The notes: generated by a model not told the origin, from the letters alone. A stretch of 64,000 bases of DNA from Polyangiales bacterium (GCA_044229975.1 JBGARZ010000008.1:256001-320000), one strand, 5' to 3'; positions 1 to 10,309 are shown, numbered from the stretch's first letter. Numbers and translations are program-made.

Positions 1-1916
1 TGCACGTCGCCCGCGTCGTCGTTGCAGCCGCGCTCGGTGCTCGCCTGCGCGCACGTCTGCCGGATGAACACCGCCGGGTCGTACCCGCTCGTGGTGGACG
101 TCACCGACACCCGCACCGCCGACCGGCGACGCACCACGAGGCGGTAGAGCCGCTCGGGGCTGCGCGCGCCGCCCGCGCACGACGCCTGGAAGCGATCGGT
201 GCCGCCCGCCGTCGTGCCCGTGACCGTGCGCCCGGGGACCAGCAGCGGCGCCGTGCGGCAGACGCGCTCGACCTCGGCCGCGCTCTCGACGCGCGAGTTG
301 AGGCGGAAGCGACCGAAGCGCCGCGGGGCCGCGCTGTCGACGATGACGAAGTAGTCGCCCGCATCGAGGATCTGGTCGTACGCCCGGTTGGCGCCGAGGG
401 CGCCCGCGCGGCAGGTGGCCTGCGCGAGAGCGGGCGCTTCGCACGCGCGGGTCACGGTGATGGTGCCCTGCTCGCGGAGGTCGTTGCTGTCGAACCAGAG
501 CTGCACCCGCGAGCGGGCCGCGACGTTCATGCGATAGACGACGTCGTAGCCGTCGGCGGGAGCGGCGCAGGGCGAGCGCACGTCGTCGCGGGCGAGGAAG
601 GTGTTGCCATCGACGGGAGTGCCCGGGGTGAGCACCTGGGCGTCGGCGCAGGTGTCGCCCGCGGTGTTGGCGCCCGCGACGGGAGCGAGGTCGGCCTGGA
701 GGGTGTAGTTGCCCGCGGCGCCGGCCTGGAAGGCGTCGGTGAAGACGAAGTAGGTGCCCGCCGGGACGATGGCGTTGATGCGCGCGTGCTGCTGGTCTTC
801 CGCGTCGTCGTTGCACTCGACCTCAGAGGCCGCGTCAGCGCACGCCCGACGGAACGAGATCACCCCGTCATAGTCGCTCTCCTGATGGAGCTGGAGCCGC
901 GACTCCTCGGGGACCACGAGGCGATACACACGATCGGGACCGGGCGTGTGGTTGCCGCAGCGGGCCTGGAAGATGTCGAGGTCCTGCGCGGCGAAGGTGC
1001 CGGTCACGGCGGTGTTGGGCGTGAGGGCTGCGGCGCTCTGGCAGACGTCGGCGACCGACGGGATGTCGGCGGCCGTGACGGTCATGGAGAAGGTGCCCGC
1101 GTTGCGGGCGAAGCCGTCGACGAAGATGTAGTGGGTGCCCGGGTCGAGCGCGACGACCACGCGCGAGTGCGAGGTGTCGCCCGCGTCATCGTTGCAGCCT
1201 CCCGCGGCCTCGCCCGACTGCTCCTCGCAGGAGCCCGATCGTACGTAGACCGTACCGTCGTACCCGGCGCCCTGCTCGACGGCGACGGTGACCTGCTGAC
1301 GGTGCTCGAGCGTGAGCGCGTAGACGAGCTCTGGGGCGCCGCCCTCGCCCTCGTCGCTGCCGACACACGAGCCGTCGTTGTGCGAGCCCGCGCGGCGGGT
1401 GTCGCCCGTGACGGTCTGCCCCGCGGTGATGGGGATGGGGCTGGCGCAGGAGCCCGGGCCGTTGTCGGCGACCGCGCCGGGGCCGCTGCTGCCGCCCGCA
1501 GAGCCACCCTGCCAGTTGGCGAGGAGGTATCCGCCGCCGCCGTCGGCCATGCGCAGCGCGAGGGTGTAGCGCCCGCGCATCGGCGGGCAGAACTGCACGG
1601 ACGCCTGGGAGTCGCGGGTGTTGTCGCCGGCGACGCGCTGGTTGTTGGCGTCGAGGACGTTGAGCTCGATGTCGCGGACGCCATCGCCGAAGGCGACGAA
1701 GGTGTGGCAGCGGGCTTCGAGCTCGACGGGGAAGCGGGCCGTGGCGCCTTCGGCGAGGGAGCCCTGGGAGATGGGCCCGAGCTGCGAGACACCCATGGTG
1801 GTGAGGGTGTTGTGCACCGCGGTGAAGCGGGTGTGCAGGAGACCACCACCGGAGCAGCCGAGGGTGGTGCCGAGGAGCAGCGCGGTGAGCGCGCGGTTGG
1901 AGCGATGGATCGTCAC
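1..1916 (-). CDS. Large secreted lipoprotein with repeated Cys-containing PPC-like beta-sandwich domains (3'-partial, runs off window)
   Basis: Not in the ORF track. Read manually from GTG at 1916 (GGAG upstream): MTIHRSNRALTALLLGTTLGC lipobox, then repeated 'CNDD...AGxYFIFVD'-type modules typical of myxobacterial PPC-like proteins. Confidence 0.7.
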   Translation of the reverse strand, partial: MTIHRSNRALTALLLGTTLGCSGGGLLHTRFTAVHNTLTTMGVSQLGPISQGSLAEGATARFPVELEARCHTFVAFGDGVRDIELNVLDANNQRVAGDNTRDSQASVQFCPPMRGRYTLALRMADGGGGYLLANWQGGSAGGSSGPGAVADNGPGSCASPIPITAGQTVTGDTRRAGSHNDGSCVGSDEGEGGAPELVYALTLEHRQQVTVAVEQGAGYDGTVYVRSGSCEEQSGEAAGGCNDDAGDTSHSRVVVALDPGTHYIFVDGFARNAGTFSMTVTAADIPSVADVCQSAAALTPNTAVTGTFAAQDLDIFQARCGNHTPGPDRVYRLVVPEESRLQLHQESDYDGVISFRRACADAASEVECNDDAEDQQHARINAIVPAGTYFVFTDAFQAGAAGNYTLQADLAPVAGANTAGDTCADAQVLTPGTPVDGNTFLARDDVRSPCAAPADGYDVVYRMNVAARSRVQLWFDSNDLREQGTITVTRACEAPALAQATCRAGALGANRAYDQILDAGDYFVIVDSAAPRRFGRFRLNSRVESAAEVERVCRTAPLLVPGRTVTGTTAGGTDRFQASCAGGARSPERLYRLVVRRRSAVRVSVTSTTSGYDPAVFIRQTCAQASTERGCNDDAGDV

Positions 1917-1972
1917 GATGGGTGCACTCCCGCCGCGCGGCGTTGGACCGTTATGACCCCGCGGGCGCGCAG

Positions 1973-3862
1973 TTATCGCACGGTGCCCGAACGGGAGCCA
2001 ACGGTCTTGTTTCGTCGACGCGCCCGCCGCCACGCGATCGCCAGCCCGACCACGCTCACGAGCGACCACCGCCCGGCGCCTTCGCGCGAGGGCGCTCCGC
2101 CCACCCGGCAGGCGCAGCCGGGGCCGACGATCTGGCTGTCGGTTCCGGTGTCGACGCGCGAGGTGCCGCCGTCGCCGTCGCACTGCGGCGGGCAACGTCC
2201 GAGCGGGCGGCAGATGGCGCATGGGTCCTTCCCATCGTCTTCCGTGGGCGGGTGCGCGGTGACGACCTCGGCCGCCATCGGCCCCGCATCCGGAACGAAG
2301 AACGACCCCACGTCGTTGGGCAGCAGCACGTCACCCGCTGGTGGCAGATCGACCGCGAAGGACACATCCGCTGGCGGCAGCGACGCATCGACCGGCAGCG
2401 GAACCCACGCGTCGGGCAGCGCGAACCCGAGGTCTCTTGGTGGGCCCGCGTCCACCGACGCGGGCGGCGGACCGGCGTCGAAGGGCGGCGGCGGCGGCTC
2501 ACCCGAACCGCGGCACTGGGCGCTGGTGGCGGAGACCCTCGCGCAGGTCTGCCCCGACGCGCAGTCGCCTTGATAGCCGACGAACAACCCGTCGGTGCAG
2601 CGCCCGATGCGCCCCGGCGTCGCGCAGAAGGTGATGTCGCCGGTGAGCACCGGGCAGATGGTGGAGATGCAGCGCGACCCGGCGGCGTCTTCGTGACAAC
2701 GGCCGCCCTGGGCGCCGCAGTCGGCCTGCGCGGTGAGCTGTCCGTTGAAGCAGCGACCGCGGTAGCGACCGAGCCAGCAGGTGTCGTGTTCGCCTTGCGG
2801 GCGGCACGCGAAGAAGACGCACCGCGCGCCGAGGCTGTCGTCGACGCAGCTCGCGCCGAATGCCCCGCAATCACCTGGCGACTGCGGAACACCATCACGA
2901 CATCGCGCGATGTACCGCCCGCCGATGCAGGCGTCGTAGGTTCCGGGCCGCGCGCACTCGGGGTAGGCGCAGCGGGCGGAGGTGCCCTCCTGCACGCACG
3001 CGGCGCCGTAGTAGCCGCAGTCACCCTGCGAGATGAGGCTGCCGTTGCGGCAGTGGCCGATGTGTCGACCGAGCCAGCAGGTGTCCTGCTCGCCCTGCGC
3101 GGGGCACGCGAAGAAGACGCAGCGGGGACCGAGGCTATCGTCGACGCAGTTGGATCCGAAGGACGCGCAGTTGCCGCGACCGCAGTCGCGATCGACGAGG
3201 GTAGAGCCCTCGCAGCGGGCCGTGCAGGCGGGCGGCGTCGGGGTTGATCCGACGGGCGCGGTGGGGTCGCACGCGGTGGCGTCGGCGGCACGGAGCAAGG
3301 GGTACGGGTCGACGTCGTTGGCGTAGTCGCCGTCGCGGTGGACGTTGAAGTGGAGGTGCGGGGCGGTGCCGCGGGTGCCGGTGTCGCCGAGGGTTCCGAT
3401 GACCTGACCGGCGACGACGCGGGTGCCAACGCCGATGCCGGGGGCGATGGAGTCGAGGTGCCCGAAGTAGTAGCTCCAGCCGCAGGCGTCCTCGACGGTG
3501 ACGCGGAGGCCGGAGGTGGCGGAGACCTCACCCGAGCGGGTCACGCGCCCGGCGCGGACGGCGACGATGGGGGCGCCGCGCGGGGCGAAGAGATCGTTGC
3601 CGTGGTGGTCGCCGCCGTAGTCGGAGTTGTCGGGGCTGCCGCCGGGGTGGGGGGCGCAGGTGAAGTTGTTCCAGCCGCGGTCGTAGCCGCCGTTGTGGGG
3701 CGCGGCGATGGGGTAGCGCTCGATGACGGGGTCGCAGGAGACGGCCTGCGTGATGAGCACGGTGTCCTCGCCGCCATCGTCACCGGGAGAGCCGTGGGGA
3801 CAGCCCGCGAGCGCGAGCGCCAGAAACGCGACGGAGCGTGACGCTGCGCGAGGGATGCCCAT
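1973..3862 (-). CDS. M23 family metallopeptidase lipoprotein with Cys-rich repeats and MYXO-CTERM-like anchor
   Basis: Lipobox LALAGC; M23 motifs HHGND and PHLH; repeated 'GDCGxFGAxCVDDSLG' units; C-terminal GCAC + hydrophobic stretch + RRARRR. Confidence 0.85.
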   Translation of the reverse strand: MGIPRAASRSVAFLALALAGCPHGSPGDDGGEDTVLITQAVSCDPVIERYPIAAPHNGGYDRGWNNFTCAPHPGGSPDNSDYGGDHHGNDLFAPRGAPIVAVRAGRVTRSGEVSATSGLRVTVEDACGWSYYFGHLDSIAPGIGVGTRVVAGQVIGTLGDTGTRGTAPHLHFNVHRDGDYANDVDPYPLLRAADATACDPTAPVGSTPTPPACTARCEGSTLVDRDCGRGNCASFGSNCVDDSLGPRCVFFACPAQGEQDTCWLGRHIGHCRNGSLISQGDCGYYGAACVQEGTSARCAYPECARPGTYDACIGGRYIARCRDGVPQSPGDCGAFGASCVDDSLGARCVFFACRPQGEHDTCWLGRYRGRCFNGQLTAQADCGAQGGRCHEDAAGSRCISTICPVLTGDITFCATPGRIGRCTDGLFVGYQGDCASGQTCARVSATSAQCRGSGEPPPPPFDAGPPPASVDAGPPRDLGFALPDAWVPLPVDASLPPADVSFAVDLPPAGDVLLPNDVGSFFVPDAGPMAAEVVTAHPPTEDDGKDPCAICRPLGRCPPQCDGDGGTSRVDTGTDSQIVGPGCACRVGGAPSREGAGRWSLVSVVGLAIAWRRARRRNKTVGSRSGTVR

Positions 3863-3926
3863 GACCGCACCATAGACCCGTTGGCGGCGGCGGTGCTGAT
3901 GTTCGGAGTGGACGATGGCGTCGGGT

Positions 3927-4239
3927 GGAGAGCGCCCACTGCGCGGTTGCGGTCGGCCCGCGGGCGGGCCTGCAACCGCTGAAGTGGGAGCCTGGAGCTG
4001 GGCGTCCCGCCTGCGCGGGACTTGCTGGCGGAGCGCCGAGCGCTCTGCGCTCGACGAGTGGATGTAGGGGCTCGCTGAATGTCTTGAGAACACACTCCTT
4101 CACCTCTTCGTCGGTCGCGCGAGCGACCGGCGCTCGTGCAGGAAGTCCCGCGCAGGCGGGACGCCCATCTCCAGGCTCCCACTTCAGCGGTTGCAGGCCC
4201 GCCCGCGGGCCGTCCGCAACCGCGTAGTGGGCGCTCTCC
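3927..4239. repeat. Long imperfect inverted repeat (~110-bp arms 3927-4037 / 4129-4239), REPIN/MITE-like
   Basis: ggagagcgcccact...gggactt is the reverse complement of aagtccc...agtgggcgctctcc with a few mismatches. Confidence 0.85.
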
Positions 4240-4282
4240 CGTGATGCCCGCCACCTACTCCGAATCCCGGGGCAGTGGAGAC

Positions 4283-4876
4283 CGTTGACGCTCGCGGGCG
4301 CGGCGGTGTCCCCTGCCAACGATGAGCTACGGAGCCGCGTCCGATCGATCGCTGGCCGAGACCGTCACGTGGTGCCGTTCGCGCACCTCGGCAGACGACC
4401 CGAAGGGCTGCCTGCGCAGCGAGGAGTTGCACCCGACCCTGCTCGCGCAAAACCGCTTCGAGGTGGTCGACGGGGTTCTTCACCAACGCTCGCAGTTGCT
4501 CTCGCTTCGGCCGCCGAAGGGAGACCCCATCGGATCGTCGGCGGGTCGACTGCTGGTCTACTTCCCCGACGCCAACCTCTGCGATGGGGCAGCGATGGAG
4601 GCGTCGAGCGGCTTCTTCGACGCCGACAACACCCCGCCCTGGGACACCTGGGTCGGCCTCGTCTCCACCATGAACCGCGAGCACAACGCCTCCTTCGCGA
4701 CGGCGCTCGTCTGCTGGGTTCCTGAGGCATTCGCGGCGGACGCGGACGCTGGCGTCGCGGTGAACCCGGAGGAGTGCATCCTGTGGCTCGACGAGGTCTA
4801 CGCGCGGGGCTGGATCTCGCCCGACGCACTGCCGTTTGCACGACCGCGTTGACGCTCGCAGGCGCGGCGGTGTCCC
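4283..4876 (+). repeat. 30-bp direct repeat pair (4283-4312 and 4847-4876) flanking the 4322-4852 gene
   Basis: cgttgacgctcgc(g/a)ggcgcggcggtgtccc occurs twice with 1 mismatch; each copy ends 8-9 nt before an ATG. Confidence 0.85.
4322..4852 (+). CDS. Hypothetical protein (FFDxDNxPPWDTWV motif)
   Basis: 176-aa ORF with normal codon usage and globular composition. Confidence 0.7.
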   Translation: MSYGAASDRSLAETVTWCRSRTSADDPKGCLRSEELHPTLLAQNRFEVVDGVLHQRSQLLSLRPPKGDPIGSSAGRLLVYFPDANLCDGAAMEASSGFFDADNTPPWDTWVGLVSTMNREHNASFATALVCWVPEAFAADADAGVAVNPEECILWLDEVYARGWISPDALPFARPR

Positions 4877-4884
4877 TTCGGTGC

Positions 4885-5655
4885 ATGCGCCTCCCCGGCC
4901 TCGCCATGATCGCTGCGCTCCTCGTCGGCTGCCCGCGGGCCCCGCTCGCTCCGCCGCGTGCGCCGGTCGACACGCTCGCCGCTCCCGTCGATGGCGGCGC
5001 CGATGTTGTCGCGGATGTCGGCGGTGTCGATGTGCCCGTTGCTGCTCCCGTCGACGTGCCCGTTGCCGCTCCCGTGTCACCCACGCGCGTCGCCGCGTGG
5101 ACCGACCCGGCCGCTGTCGCCGCGCTCGCCGTGAGCTGCAACTACGCGCCGTCGCCACCACCCGAGGACGACGGCAACGGGCCCGACCCGATGACCTGCA
5201 ACGGCAACCTCATCGCGCAGTCGTGTGACTTCGACCCGTGCGAGGACGGGGTCGATGTTCCGTGTCGGACGCAGTGCGGGCGTACCTGCGGCGCGTGCGA
5301 TGCGCGGTGTCGCGTAAGCTGCCGCCAGTGCCGAACGGCGTGCCGGGACGACACCTGCCTGCGCGCGTGTGCGGCAACGTGCGGCGCCTGCCTCGAAGGC
5401 TGCATCGACGGCCGCGACCACTGCCTGACCGCGGTGTGCACCGCCCGCTACCAGGCGTGCGCGCGACGGACGGTGACCCACTACCGACAGGGGCCGTGCC
5501 TCGCGACCTGCGCGGCTTGCCAGACCGAGTGCGCGGACCGCGACCGCGTCGGCGAGTGCGTCGACGCGTGCGCCCGCCGACGGGGCGGCTGCACCGCGAC
5601 CGAGCGCCGCATCTGCCAGTGGCACGGCGTGTCCTTCGGGCTGACGGAGCAGTGA
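4885..5655 (+). CDS. Cys-rich lipoprotein
   Basis: MRLPGLAMIAALLVGC lipobox, VDVP low-complexity linker, many CxxxC motifs. Confidence 0.75.
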   Translation: MRLPGLAMIAALLVGCPRAPLAPPRAPVDTLAAPVDGGADVVADVGGVDVPVAAPVDVPVAAPVSPTRVAAWTDPAAVAALAVSCNYAPSPPPEDDGNGPDPMTCNGNLIAQSCDFDPCEDGVDVPCRTQCGRTCGACDARCRVSCRQCRTACRDDTCLRACAATCGACLEGCIDGRDHCLTAVCTARYQACARRTVTHYRQGPCLATCAACQTECADRDRVGECVDACARRRGGCTATERRICQWHGVSFGLTEQ

Positions 5656-5678
5656 GCGCACGGCGGGCCGTCGGAGGG

Positions 5679-5933
5679 GGTGACTGGAAGGCGGGTGGTC
5701 GCGTCCCTTCGGGTAAGGGCGGTGACTGGAAGGTGGGCGGTCGTACCGAGGGCGGCCCAACGGCGATCATCGGAACGGCGCTCGTCAGCCGACCACCCAC
5801 CTCCCAGTCACCGCCCTTACCCGAAGGGACGCGACCGCCCACCTCCCAGTCACCGCCCTTACCCGAAGGGACGCGACCGCCCACCTCCCAGTCACCGCCC
5901 TTACCCGAAGGGACGCGACCGCCCACCTTCCAG
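5679..5933. repeat. 42-bp tandem repeat cluster in two opposing blocks (~1.5 copies reversed, ~3.5 copies forward), REP-like
   Basis: Unit cgaccgcccacctcccagtcaccgcccttacccgaagggacg at 5790-5933; reverse-complement copies at 5679-5743; lies between convergent genes. Confidence 0.9.
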
Positions 5934-5956
5934 CCCGCTCCCCTATCCGATCAACC

Positions 5957-6922
5957 TCACAGCTCGTACGGCACCGGGCGCACCTCGGGCTCGAACGCCA
6001 GCGCCTCCCTCGCCTCCCTCCACTCCCCCGGCATCGTCTCCTCTCGGCACGACAGCGCGACGATGCCGCCCACGATGGCGCAGGTGGTATCCCGATCGCC
6101 GAGGCCCTCCACCGTGAGCCACATCGCCTCTTCGTAGTCGTCGAGCCCGCGCGCCGCGCACCACATCGTAAACGGAACCGTGTCCTGCGAGATCACCCGG
6201 TAGCCCGTCCCGAGCACCGACGCGGCGAGGCGCAGATCAGCGTCCGCCGGCAGGTCGCGCGCCACCTCGATGGTCGCCCGCGTCACCGAGTCGGGCGTGT
6301 GCGCCAGGACGTGCGCCCACAGCGAAATCCCCGCCGCGCGAAACGATGGGTCGTTCGCGACGCGCCACGCGTACTGCGCCGCGAGCGCCACGGCGACGGC
6401 GCCCGCCTGCCCCTCGCGGTTCATGTGCGTGACCTCCGCCGAGAGCGTCGCCTCCCGCACCACCACAGCCGCATCGTCGCTCGCGAAGTACGCGCCCAGC
6501 GGGGCCACGCGCATCGCCGCGCCGTTGCCCATGGAGCCCGTCCCGCCGTGGACGGCGGCGGAGACCTCGCGCCAGTCGCCGCCGTGATGGAGCTCGCGCA
6601 GGATGCCCATGGCCGTGCCCGCGTAGCCGCGCGTCGGATCACACCGCCAGCGGTGCGCGAAGGCCGCCGCGAGGGCGTCCTGATCGACACGACCGTGGTG
6701 CTTGAGCACGTCGAAGAGCGCGAGGGCCATCTCCGTGTCGTCGGTGTAGTTCCACGGTGAGCGGGGGACGGCGCGGTGCGCGATCATCGACTCGATGGTG
6801 AGCGCGTGGCCGAAGAAGCGCTGGCCGAAGGCGTCGCCGAGGGAGAGCCCGTCGAGCGAGCGCAGCGCGCGGGCGAGGCGAACGTCGTGGTCGACCGGGA
6901 GCGCGGGCGTCATGTCGGGCAT
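5957..6922 (-). CDS. ADP-ribosylglycohydrolase (DraG/ARH family)
   Basis: Motifs GDAFG, YTDDTEM, GNGAAMRVAP, GDRDT; true start is within the longer track ORF. Confidence 0.92.
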   Translation of the reverse strand: MPDMTPALPVDHDVRLARALRSLDGLSLGDAFGQRFFGHALTIESMIAHRAVPRSPWNYTDDTEMALALFDVLKHHGRVDQDALAAAFAHRWRCDPTRGYAGTAMGILRELHHGGDWREVSAAVHGGTGSMGNGAAMRVAPLGAYFASDDAAVVVREATLSAEVTHMNREGQAGAVAVALAAQYAWRVANDPSFRAAGISLWAHVLAHTPDSVTRATIEVARDLPADADLRLAASVLGTGYRVISQDTVPFTMWCAARGLDDYEEAMWLTVEGLGDRDTTCAIVGGIVALSCREETMPGEWREAREALAFEPEVRPVPYEL

Positions 6923-7126
6923 CGGCGTTTCATACCGCAGAGCGCCACGACGGACCGCCGGCGAGACCGCCGTCGCTTTTCGTGACGGACCCGCCGCACC
7001 CGCGGCCAATACACAGCACGACCCCACTTCCGGCGCAGCGACCGACGGCGCGACGACCGCGCCCACAGTCTCGCCGCGCCCCCACATCGGCCGTCCTCCG
7101 TCGACGGACCGAAGGAGCCCACTGCC

Positions 7127-7933
7127 ATGTCCACGTCCAGCCTCCGCTCGACCGCCCTCGCCCTCGCCGCCTTTGCCCTCTCGCTCGCCGCGCGCAACGC
7201 CGAGGCCGCGTGCGACCTCTCGGTGTCCATGGCCCAACCGCGCAACGTGTCCGTGTACCAGTCCGCGCGCTACACGGTGCGCGTGACCAACCTCTCGGGC
7301 AGCACCAGCGCCCGCGCGACGCTCACCCTCCAGCTCCCGCGCACGCACACGAGCCCGACCGTGTATGTGCTCGGCACCGTCGGCGCCTTCACCACAGGAT
7401 GCACACGCTCCGGGACGGTGATCAGCTGTGGCGTGGCGCAGCTCCGGCGCGGCGGCTCGCAGGACTTCTTCGTCGACCTCACCTTTCCCCAGAACGCGGG
7501 CCCCCTGGAGATCACGGCCAACGTCGACGTCGCCGGCGACTCGTCCACCGGCAACAACCGCCGCACGCTCCTCGCCGACCTCCAGAATCCCGACTTCGTC
7601 ATTCCGACGACCACCGACCGCAGCGTGCAGAACCTCCACTGCACCGGCCGGGGGCTCACGTCCTACTTCGAGTGCACGCTCTTCTCGGGGTCCATCGCCA
7701 CGCACGCGACGGTGTTTCGCCCCGACGGATCGGTCGCGATCCCCGACGAGCCGGACTACGGCGGGCGGTGGTGGCAGCCCCTCGATGACGAGCTCGCGTT
7801 CAACTACACCTACGGAGGCAACACCGTGGCGCAGTTCGTCGGGAGCAGCGTCGGCGGCGGGTGCTTCGAGGGCATCACGTCGTTTCCCAACAGCACGTAC
7901 GTCTCGCCGTACCGCGTCTGCGTCGGGCCGTGA
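7127..7933 (+). CDS. Secreted DUF11/CARDB-like domain protein
   Basis: Signal peptide; DLSVS...YTVRVTN...D-x-x-x-NN Ig-like pattern; AAGGAG RBS. Confidence 0.7.
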   Translation: MSTSSLRSTALALAAFALSLAARNAEAACDLSVSMAQPRNVSVYQSARYTVRVTNLSGSTSARATLTLQLPRTHTSPTVYVLGTVGAFTTGCTRSGTVISCGVAQLRRGGSQDFFVDLTFPQNAGPLEITANVDVAGDSSTGNNRRTLLADLQNPDFVIPTTTDRSVQNLHCTGRGLTSYFECTLFSGSIATHATVFRPDGSVAIPDEPDYGGRWWQPLDDELAFNYTYGGNTVAQFVGSSVGGGCFEGITSFPNSTYVSPYRVCVGP

Positions 7934-7952
7934 GAGCGCTAGCCCCGAGCCC

Positions 7953-9281
7953 CTACCGCACCCGCACCCGCAGCCCCGGATCAGCGGGCGACGGGAGCAC
8001 CGCCGTCCACCCCGCTGGCAACGCAGGCGGCGACCACTGGAACAACCACGCCGCGTCGCGCGGGGCCATGTTCACGCAGCCATGCGATCGCGGCCGCCCG
8101 AAGAGGTCGTGCCAGAACACCCCGTGCAGCCCCTGGTCCTCGTGGAAGAACATCACCCACGGAACGCGCGCCGCCGTGTACAGCGCCGTCGCCGTGAGCA
8201 GCTCGCTGTTGCCCACGTTGGACATGTCCGTCGTCGCGAGCTTCGACCACACCCGGTGATCGCCCGGCAGCGTCGGGTGGTCGGCCCGGCCCGTCGACAC
8301 CAGCGTCGCGAAGACCGGCGCCCCGCCCTCCATCGCCACCAGCAACTGACGACCGCGCTCGATGTCCACCCAGCGCTCGCGCGCACCGAGATCCGCCGGT
8401 CGCGCGCCCACGTCCGGGCGCATCAGCAGCGACGCTCGCACCCACCCCGCGTCGAGCCGCGCCATGCGAACGCCTCGCACCGTTCGCTCCTCGCGGATGT
8501 GCGCGGCCTCGCGGCGCGTGAAGCCCACCGATGATCCCGACGGGCCGCTGTCGCGCAGGGTGTTCTCCGGCGTCGGCCACGCCCGCGTGTTGGCGGTGAA
8601 GAAGCCCACCGACGCGACGGTCTCGCCCGGCTCGTAGAAGATGCCGACGCGCTCGCTCGGTCGCGCGAAGGCCAGGTCGCGCATCGCCACCCAGCGGTTG
8701 CTCGCGGTGTGCACGTACGACGCCCCTTCGATGCGCGCGGTGCCCACGACGGCGACGGACATCCCGCGCTCCAGCTCCTCGGCCCAGTCCTCTGCCGCGG
8801 CGTCCTCCATGCGACGGTACGTCCTCACGCCCGCGTGCGTCGCAAACGCGTACTGGTACGGCACCACCTGCCCCTCGCGCACCACCGGCTGCGGAACCGC
8901 CCGCGGCGCATCCGCCGTCAGCGTCGCCCCGTCGCCGCACACCCACGCCTCGACGTCGATGCGCACCCACGCCGTGCGGCACCCGCGGCCCTGCGTCGCC
9001 TCGTGCACCGGCAGCCGCGCCCCGCGAGCGAGCGTTCCGCGTCGCGCCGACTCGATGTCCGCCCGCGCGCGCACCACCTCGCCCTCGCGCTCGATGCGCA
9101 GCGAGCGCGCCTCCGAAGGCAGCACCGTGCCGTCGGCGCGGTCACCCACCAGCACCGGGTCGTCGGAGATGGGCCCGCTCACCGGCAGCCGCCGCGGCGG
9201 AACCTGCGAGTGACCCACCCGCGCGCAGAGCACCCCAAGGGCCATCGCCCACCGCCACTCCGCGCCGCGAACGATCCGCAT
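7953..9281 (-). CDS. L,D-transpeptidase (YkuD family)
   Basis: C-terminal VSTG, LHGVFWH and SHGCVNM motifs. Confidence 0.92.
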   Translation of the reverse strand: MRIVRGAEWRWAMALGVLCARVGHSQVPPRRLPVSGPISDDPVLVGDRADGTVLPSEARSLRIEREGEVVRARADIESARRGTLARGARLPVHEATQGRGCRTAWVRIDVEAWVCGDGATLTADAPRAVPQPVVREGQVVPYQYAFATHAGVRTYRRMEDAAAEDWAEELERGMSVAVVGTARIEGASYVHTASNRWVAMRDLAFARPSERVGIFYEPGETVASVGFFTANTRAWPTPENTLRDSGPSGSSVGFTRREAAHIREERTVRGVRMARLDAGWVRASLLMRPDVGARPADLGARERWVDIERGRQLLVAMEGGAPVFATLVSTGRADHPTLPGDHRVWSKLATTDMSNVGNSELLTATALYTAARVPWVMFFHEDQGLHGVFWHDLFGRPRSHGCVNMAPRDAAWLFQWSPPALPAGWTAVLPSPADPGLRVRVR

Positions 9282-9344
9282 GTCGCGCGGCCTAGCAGAT
9301 CGCGCAGGGCGGCTCCAATTCGAGGCGATGTCGAGCGACAGGGC

Positions 9345-10277
9345 TCAGCGCAGCAGGCGGATCAGCACGCCGAGTGCGCCAACCACCATCGCCCCCACCA
9401 GGGCGTTGTCCCGCCACGACCGCGGCTCGATATCGGGCCACCAAGCCACGACCTCCGTCGAGGAGTGCTCGCGGTACCCGACCGACTCGGTCGCGCGCAT
9501 CAGCGCCTTCGTGCAGGGCTGCTCGGACAGTCCCCACGACGGCGCGACCGCTTCATGATGGCGGGCATCGACCCAGCGGTATCCCGCGGGCGCCGTGAAG
9601 GGCAGCATCGCCAGATCGCGGTGCGCGTGACGCTCCGCGACCCACAGGGCAAGCGCGAGCAGCAGTGACACCACCGGGAGCGCCACGTCCGCTGCGGTGC
9701 GCATGAACGCCAACAGGACAGAGTCATTCCAGCGCTCGGTGGTCACGCCCGCGAAGGACGTGATGCCGTAGGACACCGCCCCGACGCACGCGAGCGTGGC
9801 CCACGCGTCGAGGCCGCGTCGAGGGACGGGGTCGTCCCGCCAACGGTCGATGGCGAGCCCGAGCGGAACCGCGACCGTCGCGCCCATGACGCCCATGATG
9901 CAGCCGCAAAAGAGCGACCCGACGACGACGGAGAAGAAGTCGACGCCCGACGGGCTGTCCAGGTAGCGCACGCGGCTGACGCCGAGCGCGACGAGGACCG
10001 TCAGGGCCATGCCGACGACGGTGAGGGCAACGACGATGGCAGAGGCGCTGAGCGGGCCACGACGACGGCGCAGCGAGATCCAACCGAGCGCGAGGATGTT
10101 GGTGGACACCAACGCCAGCGCGGGGACGAGCTCCCGCGCCGAGAACCCGAACATCGCCCACGCGAAGGCCAGGTGCCCGGCCGCGGCGAGCGCGAAGAGC
10201 GTCAACCGCGGGCCGAGCCCCGCCGCGCCGAGACGTAGCCAGCGCATGGTGGTCGGGTCGGTCGCGACGGTGGCCAT
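9345..10277 (-). CDS. Hypothetical multi-pass membrane protein
   Basis: About 6-7 hydrophobic segments from MATVATDPTT onward; C-terminal 'GYRE' motif seen in myxobacterial membrane proteins. Confidence 0.65.
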   Translation of the reverse strand: MATVATDPTTMRWLRLGAAGLGPRLTLFALAAAGHLAFAWAMFGFSARELVPALALVSTNILALGWISLRRRRGPLSASAIVVALTVVGMALTVLVALGVSRVRYLDSPSGVDFFSVVVGSLFCGCIMGVMGATVAVPLGLAIDRWRDDPVPRRGLDAWATLACVGAVSYGITSFAGVTTERWNDSVLLAFMRTAADVALPVVSLLLALALWVAERHAHRDLAMLPFTAPAGYRWVDARHHEAVAPSWGLSEQPCTKALMRATESVGYREHSSTEVVAWWPDIEPRSWRDNALVGAMVVGALGVLIRLLR

Positions 10278-10309
10278 GGACGGGGAGCATAGTCCCGCGC
10301 GCGGCGGGC

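Noticed and set aside
786..3247. Long plus-strand ORFs (595 aa, 441 aa)
   Set aside because: Antisense to the PPC-repeat lipoprotein and the M23 peptidase, which carry the real motifs.
5679..5933. 42-bp repeats as a CRISPR array
   Set aside because: Units are directly tandem with no unique spacers, occur in both orientations, and no cas genes are present.
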